From a virus: DNA of 64,000 nt. Numbering within the stretch: the first letter of the stretch is position 1; the number at the start of each line of letters is the position of its first letter. Location of the stretch: IMG/VR virus record IMGVR_UViG_3300010367_000050, positions 16,509 to 80,508 of that record; one strand, 5' to 3'. The position numbers and the translations under genes were made by a program. The notes below the pieces were generated by a model, which did not search any database, had not been told where the DNA came from, and saw nothing but the letters and a program-made list of their open reading frames with translations. Positions 48,761-58,348 of the stretch are shown here, piece after piece.

Positions 48761-48967
48761 CTACCGCTTCGGTGTAGCAATAGCGAGACGAGCGGCCTCT
48801 ACAAAGGTGTCCCAACGAATCAGCTTGACATCGTGAATAATGTCCTGTAAAGGACGGTTAGAGGTAAAGATTCCAACTCCTAACACCAGGAATCCCAAGA
48901 TCAGAAGAGACAGCTGAACGTGAGCGTTTTCACTCGCGTTCTTCAATAATACTTTCATGGTTGTCAC
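48761..48967 (-). CDS. Small single-TM protein
   Basis: One hydrophobic helix. Confidence 0.5.
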   Translation of the reverse strand: MTTMKVLLKNASENAHVQLSLLILGFLVLGVGIFTSNRPLQDIIHDVKLIRWDTFVEAARLAIATPKR

Positions 48968-49529
48968 ACTCCACTAACACTGTTTTTATGAGGCCCTGGA
49001 GATAAAATACGCCATCAACCTCAACCCATCGCTTGTCGTCAACAAACGCAGCGTTATCAGGCAAGCGGGACTTGAAATGTTCCGGTACACGTCCACCGAA
49101 CCAAACATTATGGGAGACAATAACCTCACCTGTAAGCGTTCTGAACTCAAACTTGGATCCACCGAACCCCAGGCCAAATCTGGGCTTTGCCTTCAAATTA
49201 GGTTCCGGTCCAATCTGATAACAGCCACCGTTGACACGGAGAGTCTTATTGGGATCAACGTCATTCAGCCAGAAGTCACAGTTGATACAAGTTTTGTTGG
49301 CTCTCAGTTTCTCTCCATGAACGTAGTGAGTCCCATCTTGGCAACCGCAGACAGAGCACGTGATGACTTGCTCTTTCTCTATGAGCTCCTCAAGAGTCTC
49401 ATACGCGAGTCCTCGACAGGACAACTTCTTACGTGCGTTGACCTCACTCCAGAGTTCGTGAACAATCTCTGGTTTACCCTCGAAAGGATGTATCAAGCAA
49501 AAGTACTTCTTGTTCGGGTCGATTATCAC
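48930..49529 (-). CDS. Phage hypothetical protein with CxxC pairs
   Basis: CSVC, CINCDFW, GFGGSKF...SHNVWFGGRVP...LPDNA. Confidence 0.75.
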   Translation of the reverse strand: MIIDPNKKYFCLIHPFEGKPEIVHELWSEVNARKKLSCRGLAYETLEELIEKEQVITCSVCGCQDGTHYVHGEKLRANKTCINCDFWLNDVDPNKTLRVNGGCYQIGPEPNLKAKPRFGLGFGGSKFEFRTLTGEVIVSHNVWFGGRVPEHFKSRLPDNAAFVDDKRWVEVDGVFYLQGLIKTVLVECDNHESIIEERE

Positions 49530-49546
49530 GGTGTCTCCTGTCCTTT

Positions 49547-49744
49547 TTATAAGAGCGTTACTCGGGGGACATCTTCTGTCCCGTAGGTTCGTTTGCCCCA
49601 GCCGATAGCAGCCTCTTCTGAGGTATCAGGACAATAGGCTATCAAATAGCAAATGAGATGAGGGAGTTTGTACTCAATCTTGTAGTTCAAGGGAGCATCC
49701 GGGTCACGGCCCATAGCGATATTGCGCATCTGATGTTGAGTCAT
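49547..49744 (-). CDS. Hypothetical protein
   Basis: AGGAG SD before MTQHQ. Confidence 0.55.
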   Translation of the reverse strand: MTQHQMRNIAMGRDPDAPLNYKIEYKLPHLICYLIAYCPDTSEEAAIGWGKRTYGTEDVPRVTLL

Positions 49745-49746
49745 GG

Positions 49747-50079
49747 CTAAGCTCCTGCCGGAAGGTGCGTGTAACGTCCGCAGCCGTAGTGATGGATGAG
49801 GTATTCGTTGGGCTTGAACTGGGGTCCATCCCCGAACTCCCACGCAATGCCCGTGACGTACTCAAGGTGCTGAATCTTGCGAACCTCCGACTGAAGCCAG
49901 ATATCCTCCAACGTTACATCCATGTCAGGGTGCTGCTGGCTCAGAGAGTTCCAAAGCAGCGTAGCAGCAATTGATCCCTTGACGGTGTTGTCAAAGTGCT
50001 CTGTGTACTCAAGAGTTTGGTGTTCGCCTTTGGCGTTCAGCATGTACATCTTGACGATATAACGGGCATCGAGTTCCAT
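49747..50079 (-). CDS. Hypothetical protein
   Basis: AAAGGA SD; promoter upstream. Confidence 0.7.
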   Translation of the reverse strand: MELDARYIVKMYMLNAKGEHQTLEYTEHFDNTVKGSIAATLLWNSLSQQHPDMDVTLEDIWLQSEVRKIQHLEYVTGIAWEFGDGPQFKPNEYLIHHYGCGRYTHLPAGA

Positions 50080-50119
50080 ATCAGTTCCTTTCCCACAGCC
50101 GGGATTACCTTACAGTCCT

Positions 50120-50148
50120 AGTATCGGCGATGGCGCATACAAAGTCTA
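50120..50148 (-). promoter_or_regulatory. Sigma70-like promoter
   Basis: TAGACT-N17-GATACT. Confidence 0.6.
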
Positions 50149-50457
50149 GTGGAAAGTTTCTTGCTGGCCGTATTCTCGCCGTGTACAGAATCCCCAATAG
50201 TCAGTCTGTAGCAGCTTGATCTGATAGTTGATGTCAGCAATAGATTCGTATATCAATTGTTGGGCGTCTGTAACGAATGCAGGTAGTCTCCCGCTTACAA
50301 GGAAGCTTGCAGTGTTAGTCCAGTACTTACACAAGTGGCCCTCAGCGCGGAATAGGACTCCACGAACGTGTACGAGTTCCCGCATCCACTTCCTACGCAG
50401 AAACAAGATAACCCACAAATACGTGAGAACGCTACCGATTCTGTCAAGGGTGTACAC
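50146..50457 (-). CDS. Hypothetical protein
   Basis: GTG start with AAAGGA SD. Confidence 0.5.
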   Translation of the reverse strand: MYTLDRIGSVLTYLWVILFLRRKWMRELVHVRGVLFRAEGHLCKYWTNTASFLVSGRLPAFVTDAQQLIYESIADINYQIKLLQTDYWGFCTRREYGQQETFH

Positions 50458-50470
50458 TTTGAATATCCTT

Positions 50471-50828
50471 TCACGCTCGCAATTTGCGGAGAGCTTCGTC
50501 AACAGACATACCATCCCAGCACGTCTTCCAATTCCTCACGCTTGCGGTCTTCGTTTTGTCGCTCTATTGCCTTTTGTCGGTTGAACTCTTCTCTCGCCAG
50601 CTTTCCTGCTTCTGTGCGCGCAGGGTCAACAGTAATGAAGAGTGATACCTCACGGCCTTCGCGGTCTACAAAAACAAGCGTCCCTGTTGGCTTAGCAACT
50701 ACAGTAAAGTGGGCCTTCACCAATCGGTTAGCGGTCTCAAGATCAAGAGAACCTCCAAAAGAACCCCAGCACACTTTGATTGCGCTGTTGTTTGCCAACC
50801 GGGTATGATATCCAATGGATTTACGCAC
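50471..50828 (-). pseudogene. Hypothetical gene with one apparent extra base at 50515-50517
   Basis: ...EELEDVL continues as DGMSVDEALRKLRA in the +1 frame; span is 3n+1. Confidence 0.55.
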
Positions 50829-51069
50829 TCTTGTCCTCCACAACCCTCACCACGGTTGCGTCCACTTCCACGCAGCCTTGTCCTGACATCAGCTTTCCAA
50901 ACTCGGCAAACGTGAGGTTGACACTTAGCCGGAAATGGGTTCTCAAGGTGTTTGGATCGTTGCTAACGATGTTCAGATAGATGCGGCCTTCACGAGGATC
51001 AATGCCAGTCCCTCGGATATTGCCTGTAGCAATCTCGACTGGAAATTGCTCTTCAATGCGCTCACTCAC
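50821..51069 (-). CDS. Hypothetical protein
   Basis: GTG with AGGAGG SD. Confidence 0.65.
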   Translation of the reverse strand: MSERIEEQFPVEIATGNIRGTGIDPREGRIYLNIVSNDPNTLRTHFRLSVNLTFAEFGKLMSGQGCVEVDATVVRVVEDKSA

Positions 51070-51157
51070 TGCTGTTTCCTCCTGCGCGTGTATGCTGCTT
51101 GAATGGGTATCCCAACCGTGAGATACAGCAGAACCAAGACAATTCCAATATCCAATA

Positions 51158-51715
51158 TCACAGCAAGTCCTCCCACACTTGATAGAGCATCTTCCCAATC
51201 TTCTCGGGATCAGGGCTGGTCAGCACGATCTCAAAGGCTTTATCACTGTCTCCCATAGCGAGCACGCTCTGTTCCGCTCCAGAAAGGCCTGAGAGCCAAG
51301 AATCGAGTGCTGCTATCACAGATAGATCAATAGCCCTGGATTCTCCGATGTACTTGTTGAATTTACACTCATAGTCGAACAGGGACTGAGGCTCTGTCGA
51401 ACCTTTCGCCATGGCCAGAGTGTATTGGCGTGCCACGAGTTGCCACACCTTGCTGAACATATGGGAGTAGTCAGGATTGGTAGGACGATACTCAGTCCAA
51501 GCATTGTAGCCGGCGTCAGTCATTGCCAACACGTACATGGCAACATCCATATTCGCCCCGTAGTTGTTAGTGACTTTGTTATTGGCTACGCCAGTGGCCC
51601 TAACATGAAACTCTTTGACAATGCGATCACCGTTGCACTTCAAGAACACTACCACGCTGCCCAGCTTGAGCTTGGTAACAGACTCGATCATCTTGCGACT
51701 AACAACCTGATTCAT
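51158..51715 (-). CDS. Hypothetical protein; C-terminus resembles the 48152 product
   Basis: AAAGGA SD; LDSWLSGLS...VWEDL. Confidence 0.75.
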   Translation of the reverse strand: MNQVVSRKMIESVTKLKLGSVVVFLKCNGDRIVKEFHVRATGVANNKVTNNYGANMDVAMYVLAMTDAGYNAWTEYRPTNPDYSHMFSKVWQLVARQYTLAMAKGSTEPQSLFDYECKFNKYIGESRAIDLSVIAALDSWLSGLSGAEQSVLAMGDSDKAFEIVLTSPDPEKIGKMLYQVWEDLL

Positions 51716-51843
51716 ACTATTCCTTTCCCGTTCTTAGGGATGTACTAAGTATCCTCTATGTAATTATCAATAGCTAGTCCACGTTGAAATACAAAGAGCC
51801 AGCCGGTGAATTGGCTGGCTCTCTTCCCCTGGGAGTGGCGGGG

Positions 51844-52281
51844 TTATGCAGGCGTGTGCTGTGAACGCCCGACATCTGCTCGACTCTTTGGTTTGAACTT
51901 TGTACGAGTTGGTTTGAGCTTGACTTCGCCCTTGTCCTTGCGGTGCTCCTCACGATTGAATACCGCGTGCTTGGCCTTGACCTTGAGTGGGTTGATAGGA
52001 ACAACCACGTTGGCCATGCGCTGTGGCTGCTTCATCACAGGCTTGTTGACCCTGGCCTGTGGGTTGTTCATGCGCAGTTCCTTGAACACGTTGTTGGCCG
52101 CGGTCTCAGCGAACGCACGAGCGTCCTTGGACGTGGGGAAAGGTGAGCCGGTGACCTTCTGCTGGTTACAAAACAGGTTCCAGTTGTGAGTCTTTGGGTC
52201 CTGCTCCAAATACAACTCACGACCGTTGAAAGATGCGGAGAATGCTGTCTGAGACTCCGCTTTCCACTGTAGCAATGCCAT
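51844..52281 (-). CDS. Basic hypothetical protein
   Basis: GGGAG SD; Lys/Arg-rich tail. Confidence 0.7.
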   Translation of the reverse strand: MALLQWKAESQTAFSASFNGRELYLEQDPKTHNWNLFCNQQKVTGSPFPTSKDARAFAETAANNVFKELRMNNPQARVNKPVMKQPQRMANVVVPINPLKVKAKHAVFNREEHRKDKGEVKLKPTRTKFKPKSRADVGRSQHTPA

Positions 52282-52337
52282 TACAATCACTCCCTTGCGT
52301 TTTGACAAGTTATCTCCTGTTAGGAGTTGTTTACCAG

Positions 52338-52913
52338 CTACTCACCAACCTTGGGGAGCTTGAACTTCTTGATTACTGCAGCAACCTTCTCGGGATGCTT
52401 CTTGAGGGTGAAGCCTTTGAGCTCTTTGAGCACGCCGTTCTTGATTGCTGACTTGATCAGCTTGGTGCGATCGGGATCAAGGGAAAGCTTGCCGCCGTCG
52501 CCCTCGACAATAATCAGGCCACGAGATGCGTGGTAGGTTCCCCACTGCTTGCGCACGTCGGACAGGAAGACGCCAAAGGATATTTTCTTGCGCTTGAACC
52601 CGCCTGGGTCCTTGGACTCAGGGCCAGCGAATTTCTCCTGGAACATCTTCAGCATCTCATCCTTGGTATACTCGCCAGTAGAGAGCAATCCAAGCAGATA
52701 GCTGGTCTCAGTGTTCTCACCGAACCCAAACTCATCGAGTTCTCCAAGTGCCTTGAAGGGCTTGGCCTTCTCAGCCTTTGCCGTTGTGACGGCCTGTTCC
52801 ATCTCTTCCACAGCAGAAGGCGGAACTTCGGTTGGGGTTGCGTTCTTCTTGATTGCAACCTCGTCAGTAAGAATGCCAGCTTTCTTGGCACCCCTTGGTG
52901 TCTTCACTCCCAT
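52338..52913 (-). CDS. Paralogue of 46293..46877
   Basis: GFGENTET...FLSDVRK..GTYHASRGL; AAGGAG SD. Confidence 0.85.
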   Translation of the reverse strand: MGVKTPRGAKKAGILTDEVAIKKNATPTEVPPSAVEEMEQAVTTAKAEKAKPFKALGELDEFGFGENTETSYLLGLLSTGEYTKDEMLKMFQEKFAGPESKDPGGFKRKKISFGVFLSDVRKQWGTYHASRGLIIVEGDGGKLSLDPDRTKLIKSAIKNGVLKELKGFTLKKHPEKVAAVIKKFKLPKVGE

Positions 52914-52950
52914 TTTGTTGCTCCTTACCCGTTGTGGGTGAATACTTGTA

Positions 52951-52979
52951 ATGCTACTCTCGACCGGAACCCAAGCGAA
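52951..52979 (-). promoter_or_regulatory. Sigma70-like promoter
   Basis: TTCGCT-N17-TAGCAT. Confidence 0.55.
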
Positions 52980-53002
52980 GTGTGTTGGTAGGTTCTATTT
53001 CT

Positions 53003-53695
53003 TCACTTGAACTCTGTGTCATTGACATAAACCGCGTCAACGTCCTGCAATGAAATTTGATGAGGTTGGGGTAACTCCTTGTTTATGGCTGCAACAATGG
53101 CAGCACGAAATTTGGCGCCAGCATGGGAGTGAGCGTGTTTCAAACCTAACAGATAGTCTGATACAGCGGTCTGTTGTTTGAGAGTGGCTGGAATCTGGAA
53201 ATCAAGCCGGGCCTCGACTGTGAGCTCATAGGCTACAGCAACAGTAACATCCAGCATAGCCGCTCCAGCGAGAGGATCAAATGGATTGTGCTCCCAGTTT
53301 AGAGGCTCCCAACCAGCAATTTCCAATGCCCGCAGACTCCATGGTGCCGCAAGCAGTGTTTGGTATCCTGCTTGAATCGCGTGGCCATAAGTAGTCAACG
53401 CCAACTCAGGTGGATGAGGTAGAATAAAACCGTGCATCTGAGCTGTATCGATTAGTTGTATGCTATTGCGGTCTACTATCATTACCGCATCACGGAGGCC
53501 TAATTGCGGTGGCCAATCACGAACCTTGGTGTAGGCAATCAATGGGTCTGTTCCTGGGCAAAACTCCTCAGCACCAGCAAAAGTCTTCCAATCGTGCTTG
53601 CTAAATGGTCTCAATAAATCCATTATTCCAGTCCTTTCTCCCGCGTATCGGGGATATCTAAAGACTAACTCTCCATTTATCCCAATAAACGCCAA
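53003..53695 (-). CDS. Hypothetical protein
   Basis: 230 aa ORF. Confidence 0.7.
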   Translation of the reverse strand: MAFIGINGELVFRYPRYAGERTGIMDLLRPFSKHDWKTFAGAEEFCPGTDPLIAYTKVRDWPPQLGLRDAVMIVDRNSIQLIDTAQMHGFILPHPPELALTTYGHAIQAGYQTLLAAPWSLRALEIAGWEPLNWEHNPFDPLAGAAMLDVTVAVAYELTVEARLDFQIPATLKQQTAVSDYLLGLKHAHSHAGAKFRAAIVAAINKELPQPHQISLQDVDAVYVNDTEFK

Positions 53696-53895
53696 CGAAT
53701 CCTATTGACTCGTCAGAGCGAGTAGAGACGAACTGCTTGCACGCTGATGCATGAGCTTCGGTTCAGACTGTCAAACCGTTCGACGTTAGCATATGCTGTC
53801 TCCGCTGCGCCCTTGGTGTCAAACTCCACAAGTTGCGAAGACATACCTTCGTTGGCTATCATAATGACTAGCAGTCTGTACAATGTTGTTTCTCC

Positions 53896-54114
53896 TCAGT
53901 ATATGATTGGTAGATTGGTGATGTTTTCTGCCGCTGCTCGCAGCCTTGCGTCTTCGACTTCTTCCAGCCAGTCATTCTCATCAACAAGATCAAGGAGTTC
54001 CAAGGTCTGTTTCTGAACATGAGCGGCTGTTGAGCCAGGAGCAAGTTTGAGCCCTTTGATATGTGCTCGAATGAAATCTGTATCAATTGGTTGTAACTCG
54101 GTGACCCTCGCCAT
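53896..54114 (-). CDS. Hypothetical protein
   Basis: GGAGG SD; promoter TTTACC-N18-GATACT at 54163-54134. Confidence 0.7.
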   Translation of the reverse strand: MARVTELQPIDTDFIRAHIKGLKLAPGSTAAHVQKQTLELLDLVDENDWLEEVEDARLRAAAENITNLPIIY

Positions 54115-54464
54115 ATTCCTCCGGTGTAACTCTAGTATCGTTCGACGGAGACCCCAGGGTAAACCGCTTGATAACGGTTTTGTTACAATGTACTAACGCT
54201 TGGGGATGTTCATACCCATAAAGCGCATGAACCACAGGCGGAAGGATACAACACGATGTTGGCGATAAACAGCACGAGTGAGGCGTATATCAGCCTCACA
54301 GTACTCCATCATTGCTCTTTGGTACTCAATATCTCTCCGCACGGTTCAATCTGACCTTCCTGAGCCAATTCCTCTTGCTCAATCTGTTGATGAGTCGCTG
54401 ACGGTCCACGTTGTCTCTGCCCTCTTCGCAGTTGTTACACAGAGCCCATTGCACCAATACTTCT

Positions 54465-54872
54465 CTACGTTTGAGTTTTTGTTTCACCGTCTGTCTCCTT
54501 GTGTTCTTTGATACCTGTAAACAGATCCAGCCTGTCGTTGGCAATACAGACGTTCTCCAAGTACATCAACAGCATCTCAGAGATGTAATGCTCAAAGTCT
54601 GTCTTGTCAGCAATCTCACGTGAGCTCTTGTTCAATATCTCAATCGTAAACTCGCTCAAGGGCTTGTGCCACAGGAACTTGATACTGAACGCAATCTTGT
54701 CGCCAGTCCCAGTGGTGTAGACCGATGTGAGATAGTAAGCCCGGCTGGTTTCCTGATGTTCCCAATTAGCAAGTTTGGGATGGTCGAATCCATCGGCCAC
54801 CCCAAGGATAACACTGCGTTGTGCTACACGTTCAGCCATTACGACCCTCCCAAACCCTGACGAGGATGCCAA
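54465..54872 (-). CDS. Hypothetical protein (likely start at MAERV)
   Basis: GGAGG SD before the internal ATG. Confidence 0.6.
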   Translation of the reverse strand: MASSSGFGRVVMAERVAQRSVILGVADGFDHPKLANWEHQETSRAYYLTSVYTTGTGDKIAFSIKFLWHKPLSEFTIEILNKSSREIADKTDFEHYISEMLLMYLENVCIANDRLDLFTGIKEHKETDGETKTQT

Positions 54873-54944
54873 AAAGAGCCATGAAAATGAGGAAAGAGAG
54901 CATTACCCATAAGCCTCCATTTGTTATATGAACGTTTTGCATGA

Positions 54945-55181
54945 CTACGCGCAAGCCTCCAACATCGGGTCACTAATAACCGGATGGACTACAAAACCGC
55001 CATCCAAATTGATTTCCCAGGTGCAGGGCACCTTGGTGTGTCGGAATACAAACGGAACGTCTTGTGTCAATACTGACGGTCCCAAATATCCGCTGGGAAG
55101 GTCCGGCCTGAATACTGGCTTCAAGCTGAGGGCTTCCATGTCGCAGACAAACTGTGTATGGTCTCTGTGGGTGAACTTCAT
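54945..55181 (-). CDS. Hypothetical protein
   Basis: AAGGA SD. Confidence 0.55.
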   Translation of the reverse strand: MKFTHRDHTQFVCDMEALSLKPVFRPDLPSGYLGPSVLTQDVPFVFRHTKVPCTWEINLDGGFVVHPVISDPMLEACA

Positions 55182-55467
55182 TTCCTTGCTCCAATTTCGG
55201 GCATCGACTTATACACCTAGTCTAGCCTCTAAACTCCTCAAACGAAAGCGATGTGCCATGCAACTCTAAAACATCCGCTCAACAGAAAGCGGCGAGAGTT
55301 GTTGAACAGCAACAGCACTCAAAATCCATACACGTTATAACGGCTAACATGTTATGTGCTGCTCACCTTCCGGGGAGAACGGGGCATGTAATTTCAAGTA
55401 GACTACAGAAAATGTCTTGGGCTGAGAACCGTAGATCGTAGATTCTAACAGTCCCTAGCCCTCGACA

Positions 55468-55686
55468 TTACGAATCAAGCTTAGTGTCTTCTTTCATTTT
55501 GGGCGATATTCCTGGGGGAAGTGCCCGTTGACTTCGGGTAGTTGGCAGGGTAAGGTCAATGAGAGGTCGGCTGTCGTCATGCATTGGATCAACTTCAACG
55601 ACAGTCTCATAGCTCATTGAAACGTGTTGGTACACTGTCCTGGTGCGTTGAACAGTGACTTTCTTGGAAAGTGGAACTCTGAACAT
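55468..55686 (-). CDS. Hypothetical protein
   Basis: 72 aa, same strand as neighbours. Confidence 0.5.
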   Translation of the reverse strand: MFRVPLSKKVTVQRTRTVYQHVSMSYETVVEVDPMHDDSRPLIDLTLPTTRSQRALPPGISPKMKEDTKLDS

Positions 55687-55716
55687 TCCTGTACGTACTC
55701 CTACATGGGAGGTGGG

Positions 55717-56016
55717 TTATTTTTGAGAATAGTATGAGTTTACGTACTGAATGAAACACTGGGCCTGAAGCTTATCCCGTTGTGCTTTCACCCTGGGGTT
55801 AGTACGGCACGCATACGTCAACTCTCTGTACCGAGGGTAATGCACCCATTTTGAACTGATCTTGTTACCCTTTCGAGACCGGCAGTACTCTCCACGACGA
55901 GCACCGCATACAGAACAATGTTGCAAGCACACAGTGACGCGAATATGGTCATACGGCCTATAACCGCCATATAACTTGTAGTATAACTCCGGAATTACAT
56001 CATGGCGTCTTTTCAT
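55717..56016 (-). CDS. Zn-finger protein
   Basis: CSVCGARRGEYC...H..R. Confidence 0.7.
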   Translation of the reverse strand: MKRRHDVIPELYYKLYGGYRPYDHIRVTVCLQHCSVCGARRGEYCRSRKGNKISSKWVHYPRYRELTYACRTNPRVKAQRDKLQAQCFIQYVNSYYSQK

Positions 56017-57020
56017 AAGAGGAACTTGGGCCGTTCATTATCGTTACACTTACATGTGGGATTGTTCTGTGTAGCTCCGCACTTGTTACAGATTATCGGA
56101 GAGTTGTCTTGGTCGCGTATGTCGCGAATATGTTGAATCAGCTGGGGGTAATATGTGGAAAAGTACTTGAGTGTATTCTTCCCACGAATCTCCAACTTGT
56201 CGGCCTCTTTCCAGAGGTCTTCATCAATGAATGCCTTGATGTTTCTTTGTATAACGTCAACTAGTACATCCGGTTGGAGTGCGTCCAACTCCCAGGACAC
56301 ATCGCCGTACTCATTCCTATATTTGACGTATCGTGGATCAGTATGCTTGGCAGGGTCTGGGGGAGGGTCATACTTTTCGATCTGTGACATGTTCAGAGCA
56401 ATACGGCACACCTTGATGTCCTGCCTCATGAACAGGCTCAGCTTCTCTTTGATGTCTCTTGACATGTCCAATCCGGATGGGTCATGATCTCCACAGTGGA
56501 GAATAGTTACAGTCTTGCCAGACTTTTGCTTGCCTAGCAATCTCTGGGAAGCATTCCATAGTTCCGTCTGTGATGAATACCCTCTGCAAGAGAAATGAGG
56601 CACATCCAACGGGTAACAAGCCGCGTCCACGATACCCCGCAGGGCATCCTTCTCCACCCACACCTCCACGTAGTTGCTCTGGTTGAACCAGTGATCAACG
56701 TGGTAGGACTGTATTGTGGCCTCTATGATCTGCGATGGCTTCTCCCAGGATGTGGGCTTAATGAGGTTCCGGGTACGATCTACCACAGAGAACCAATCCA
56801 CCAAGCCAGCCATTCTGGCTTCAGATATGAGGTTTTGGAGTTTGTTGTACTCCTCCACCTTGTTTGGAATGAACTTGCGTGAGACAAACTGATAGTACAG
56901 CTGTCTCACGCTCATGTCCAAACCTTGCTTGTGGTACTCCTGAAAGATGGAGTTGGCAATAGCAATCCTGCGTTCATTCTCCGGACTGAAACGCTTGTTG
57001 ATGTATTGTATGATCGGCAT
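56013..57020 (-). CDS. Topoisomerase VI-A/Spo11/JetD-like wHTH-TOPRIM protein
   Basis: SVRQLYYQFVS, EVWVEKDAL, RGYSS, GDHDPSG, WELDAL. Confidence 0.85.
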   Translation of the reverse strand: MPIIQYINKRFSPENERRIAIANSIFQEYHKQGLDMSVRQLYYQFVSRKFIPNKVEEYNKLQNLISEARMAGLVDWFSVVDRTRNLIKPTSWEKPSQIIEATIQSYHVDHWFNQSNYVEVWVEKDALRGIVDAACYPLDVPHFSCRGYSSQTELWNASQRLLGKQKSGKTVTILHCGDHDPSGLDMSRDIKEKLSLFMRQDIKVCRIALNMSQIEKYDPPPDPAKHTDPRYVKYRNEYGDVSWELDALQPDVLVDVIQRNIKAFIDEDLWKEADKLEIRGKNTLKYFSTYYPQLIQHIRDIRDQDNSPIICNKCGATQNNPTCKCNDNERPKFLL

Positions 57021-57979
57021 TAGTTCAGCCTGTCTTGGGACTTACCTGCCCCAACTTGGTGGTCCAGGTTGATACTTTCTCCAGCCTTACTACCGCTGGT
57101 GTAGGCTCTCCAGTCCTTGCGCTCAGATTCCCTGCGTCGCTCCCTTTGCCACCGGGCCTGATCTCGGGCGTATCTCTTGTCAGCCTGAATCCTCTGATTC
57201 TCCTCCCCCTTCTCACGCTTGGCCCGCTGCTGTGGAGTTTCGTTCTTGAGAACCTCAATGCGTTCCTGCTCTTCTTTCAGCTGAGCTTCCTTGCGTTCCT
57301 CGCTCCACTTCTGTTGGCTCTCCTGCTGACGCTTGTAAGCACCCTCTCCATACAGGGCGTCATAATTCTTCTCTTCCTCAATCTTGGCTACGTCACGCAG
57401 AGCCAGGGCAGTCGAAGGTCCATCAGGCGTGGAGGCTTTGAGTTCACGAAACTTTTCCCACAAGCGCATCCGAAGACGATCTGCGCAACCTTCGCGCCAG
57501 GATATCGCAGATCGGCTCAAACGTTCCACATGCGGAAAAGGGAGTATGCGTTCAATCGTGTCACAAATATATTCACCCATCAACTTGGCAGCGATCACAT
57601 TGGACTCACGACCCAGTATTGTAAATCGCTTCACCCGTCGGCTGCGCAAGATGGTTCCATCACGCTTGCTGTAGTCGTGTTCCTTACGGTTCTGAACCCA
57701 AATCCAACAAAAGTTGACGTCTCCAATAACTCCCCAGAGCTCGCGCTGCCACTTGTACATGGCCGAACGGTTGATGACAGATTTCTCACGCTTCTCTTCA
57801 ACAGGCTTGGTTCCACCTGCTACCGGAGTGTTCTCAACAGTAGCGATGTCGAGGTTGTATTTGGCCATCAAGTCCTGAACCATGGACATAGCGGTGGCAG
57901 CTTCGGCCTCTGTTCCGGCGTTTTGAGCCAGCGCGTAAGCCTTCTGAATCTTGCGGATAATGCTTTCTGAGACTTCCAT
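57020..57979 (-). CDS. DUF2786-family protein
   Basis: IIRKIQKAYALA...EAEAATAMSMVQDLMAKYNL; GGAGG SD. Confidence 0.85.
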   Translation of the reverse strand: MEVSESIIRKIQKAYALAQNAGTEAEAATAMSMVQDLMAKYNLDIATVENTPVAGGTKPVEEKREKSVINRSAMYKWQRELWGVIGDVNFCWIWVQNRKEHDYSKRDGTILRSRRVKRFTILGRESNVIAAKLMGEYICDTIERILPFPHVERLSRSAISWREGCADRLRMRLWEKFRELKASTPDGPSTALALRDVAKIEEEKNYDALYGEGAYKRQQESQQKWSEERKEAQLKEEQERIEVLKNETPQQRAKREKGEENQRIQADKRYARDQARWQRERRRESERKDWRAYTSGSKAGESINLDHQVGAGKSQDRLN

Positions 57980-58040
57980 TACTTCCTCCAATAAGGGGTG
58001 GCGTTACTCGATTAGAATAACGCCACTCTCTTCTCACGCT

Positions 58041-58069
58041 ACTATGTTGGGTTATCTGTATCTAGTCAA
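58041..58069 (-). promoter_or_regulatory. Sigma70-like promoter followed by a leader hairpin (57998-58026)
   Basis: TTGACT-N17-CATAGT; GTGGCGTTA...TAACGCCAC. Confidence 0.6.
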
Positions 58070-58073
58070 CAGA

Positions 58074-58340
58074 TCAGAAGGTGATCCCATGGTTGCGGAG
58101 GAAGAGGTCAATGTCTTGTACTTCTGACATCAGCTTCTGCCGACGAATGACGAGGAATTCAATGACTTCCTCACACTTGCCATCCAAGTGCGCGTTGTCC
58201 TGCTGAAGCTTGGCGATCTCTGCTCCTCGGTTGAGGTACAGAGATTCATAACCAGGTTCAGAACATTCGTTCACAACCGGCGTTTGAGCTTGGCTCTTCT
58301 TGGGACGGTATCCGTTGGTCTTGGGTTTCTGAGTCGCCAT
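58074..58340 (-). CDS. Hypothetical coiled-coil protein
   Basis: AAGGAG SD. Confidence 0.7.
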   Translation of the reverse strand: MATQKPKTNGYRPKKSQAQTPVVNECSEPGYESLYLNRGAEIAKLQQDNAHLDGKCEEVIEFLVIRRQKLMSEVQDIDLFLRNHGITF

Positions 58341-58348
58341 AGTTCTCC

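Noticed and set aside
57035-57970. 311 aa plus-strand ORF, and similar long antisense ORFs (e.g. 27486..28091, 42646..43395, 35618..36343)
   Set aside because: Antisense shadows of well-supported genes; no motifs or SD.
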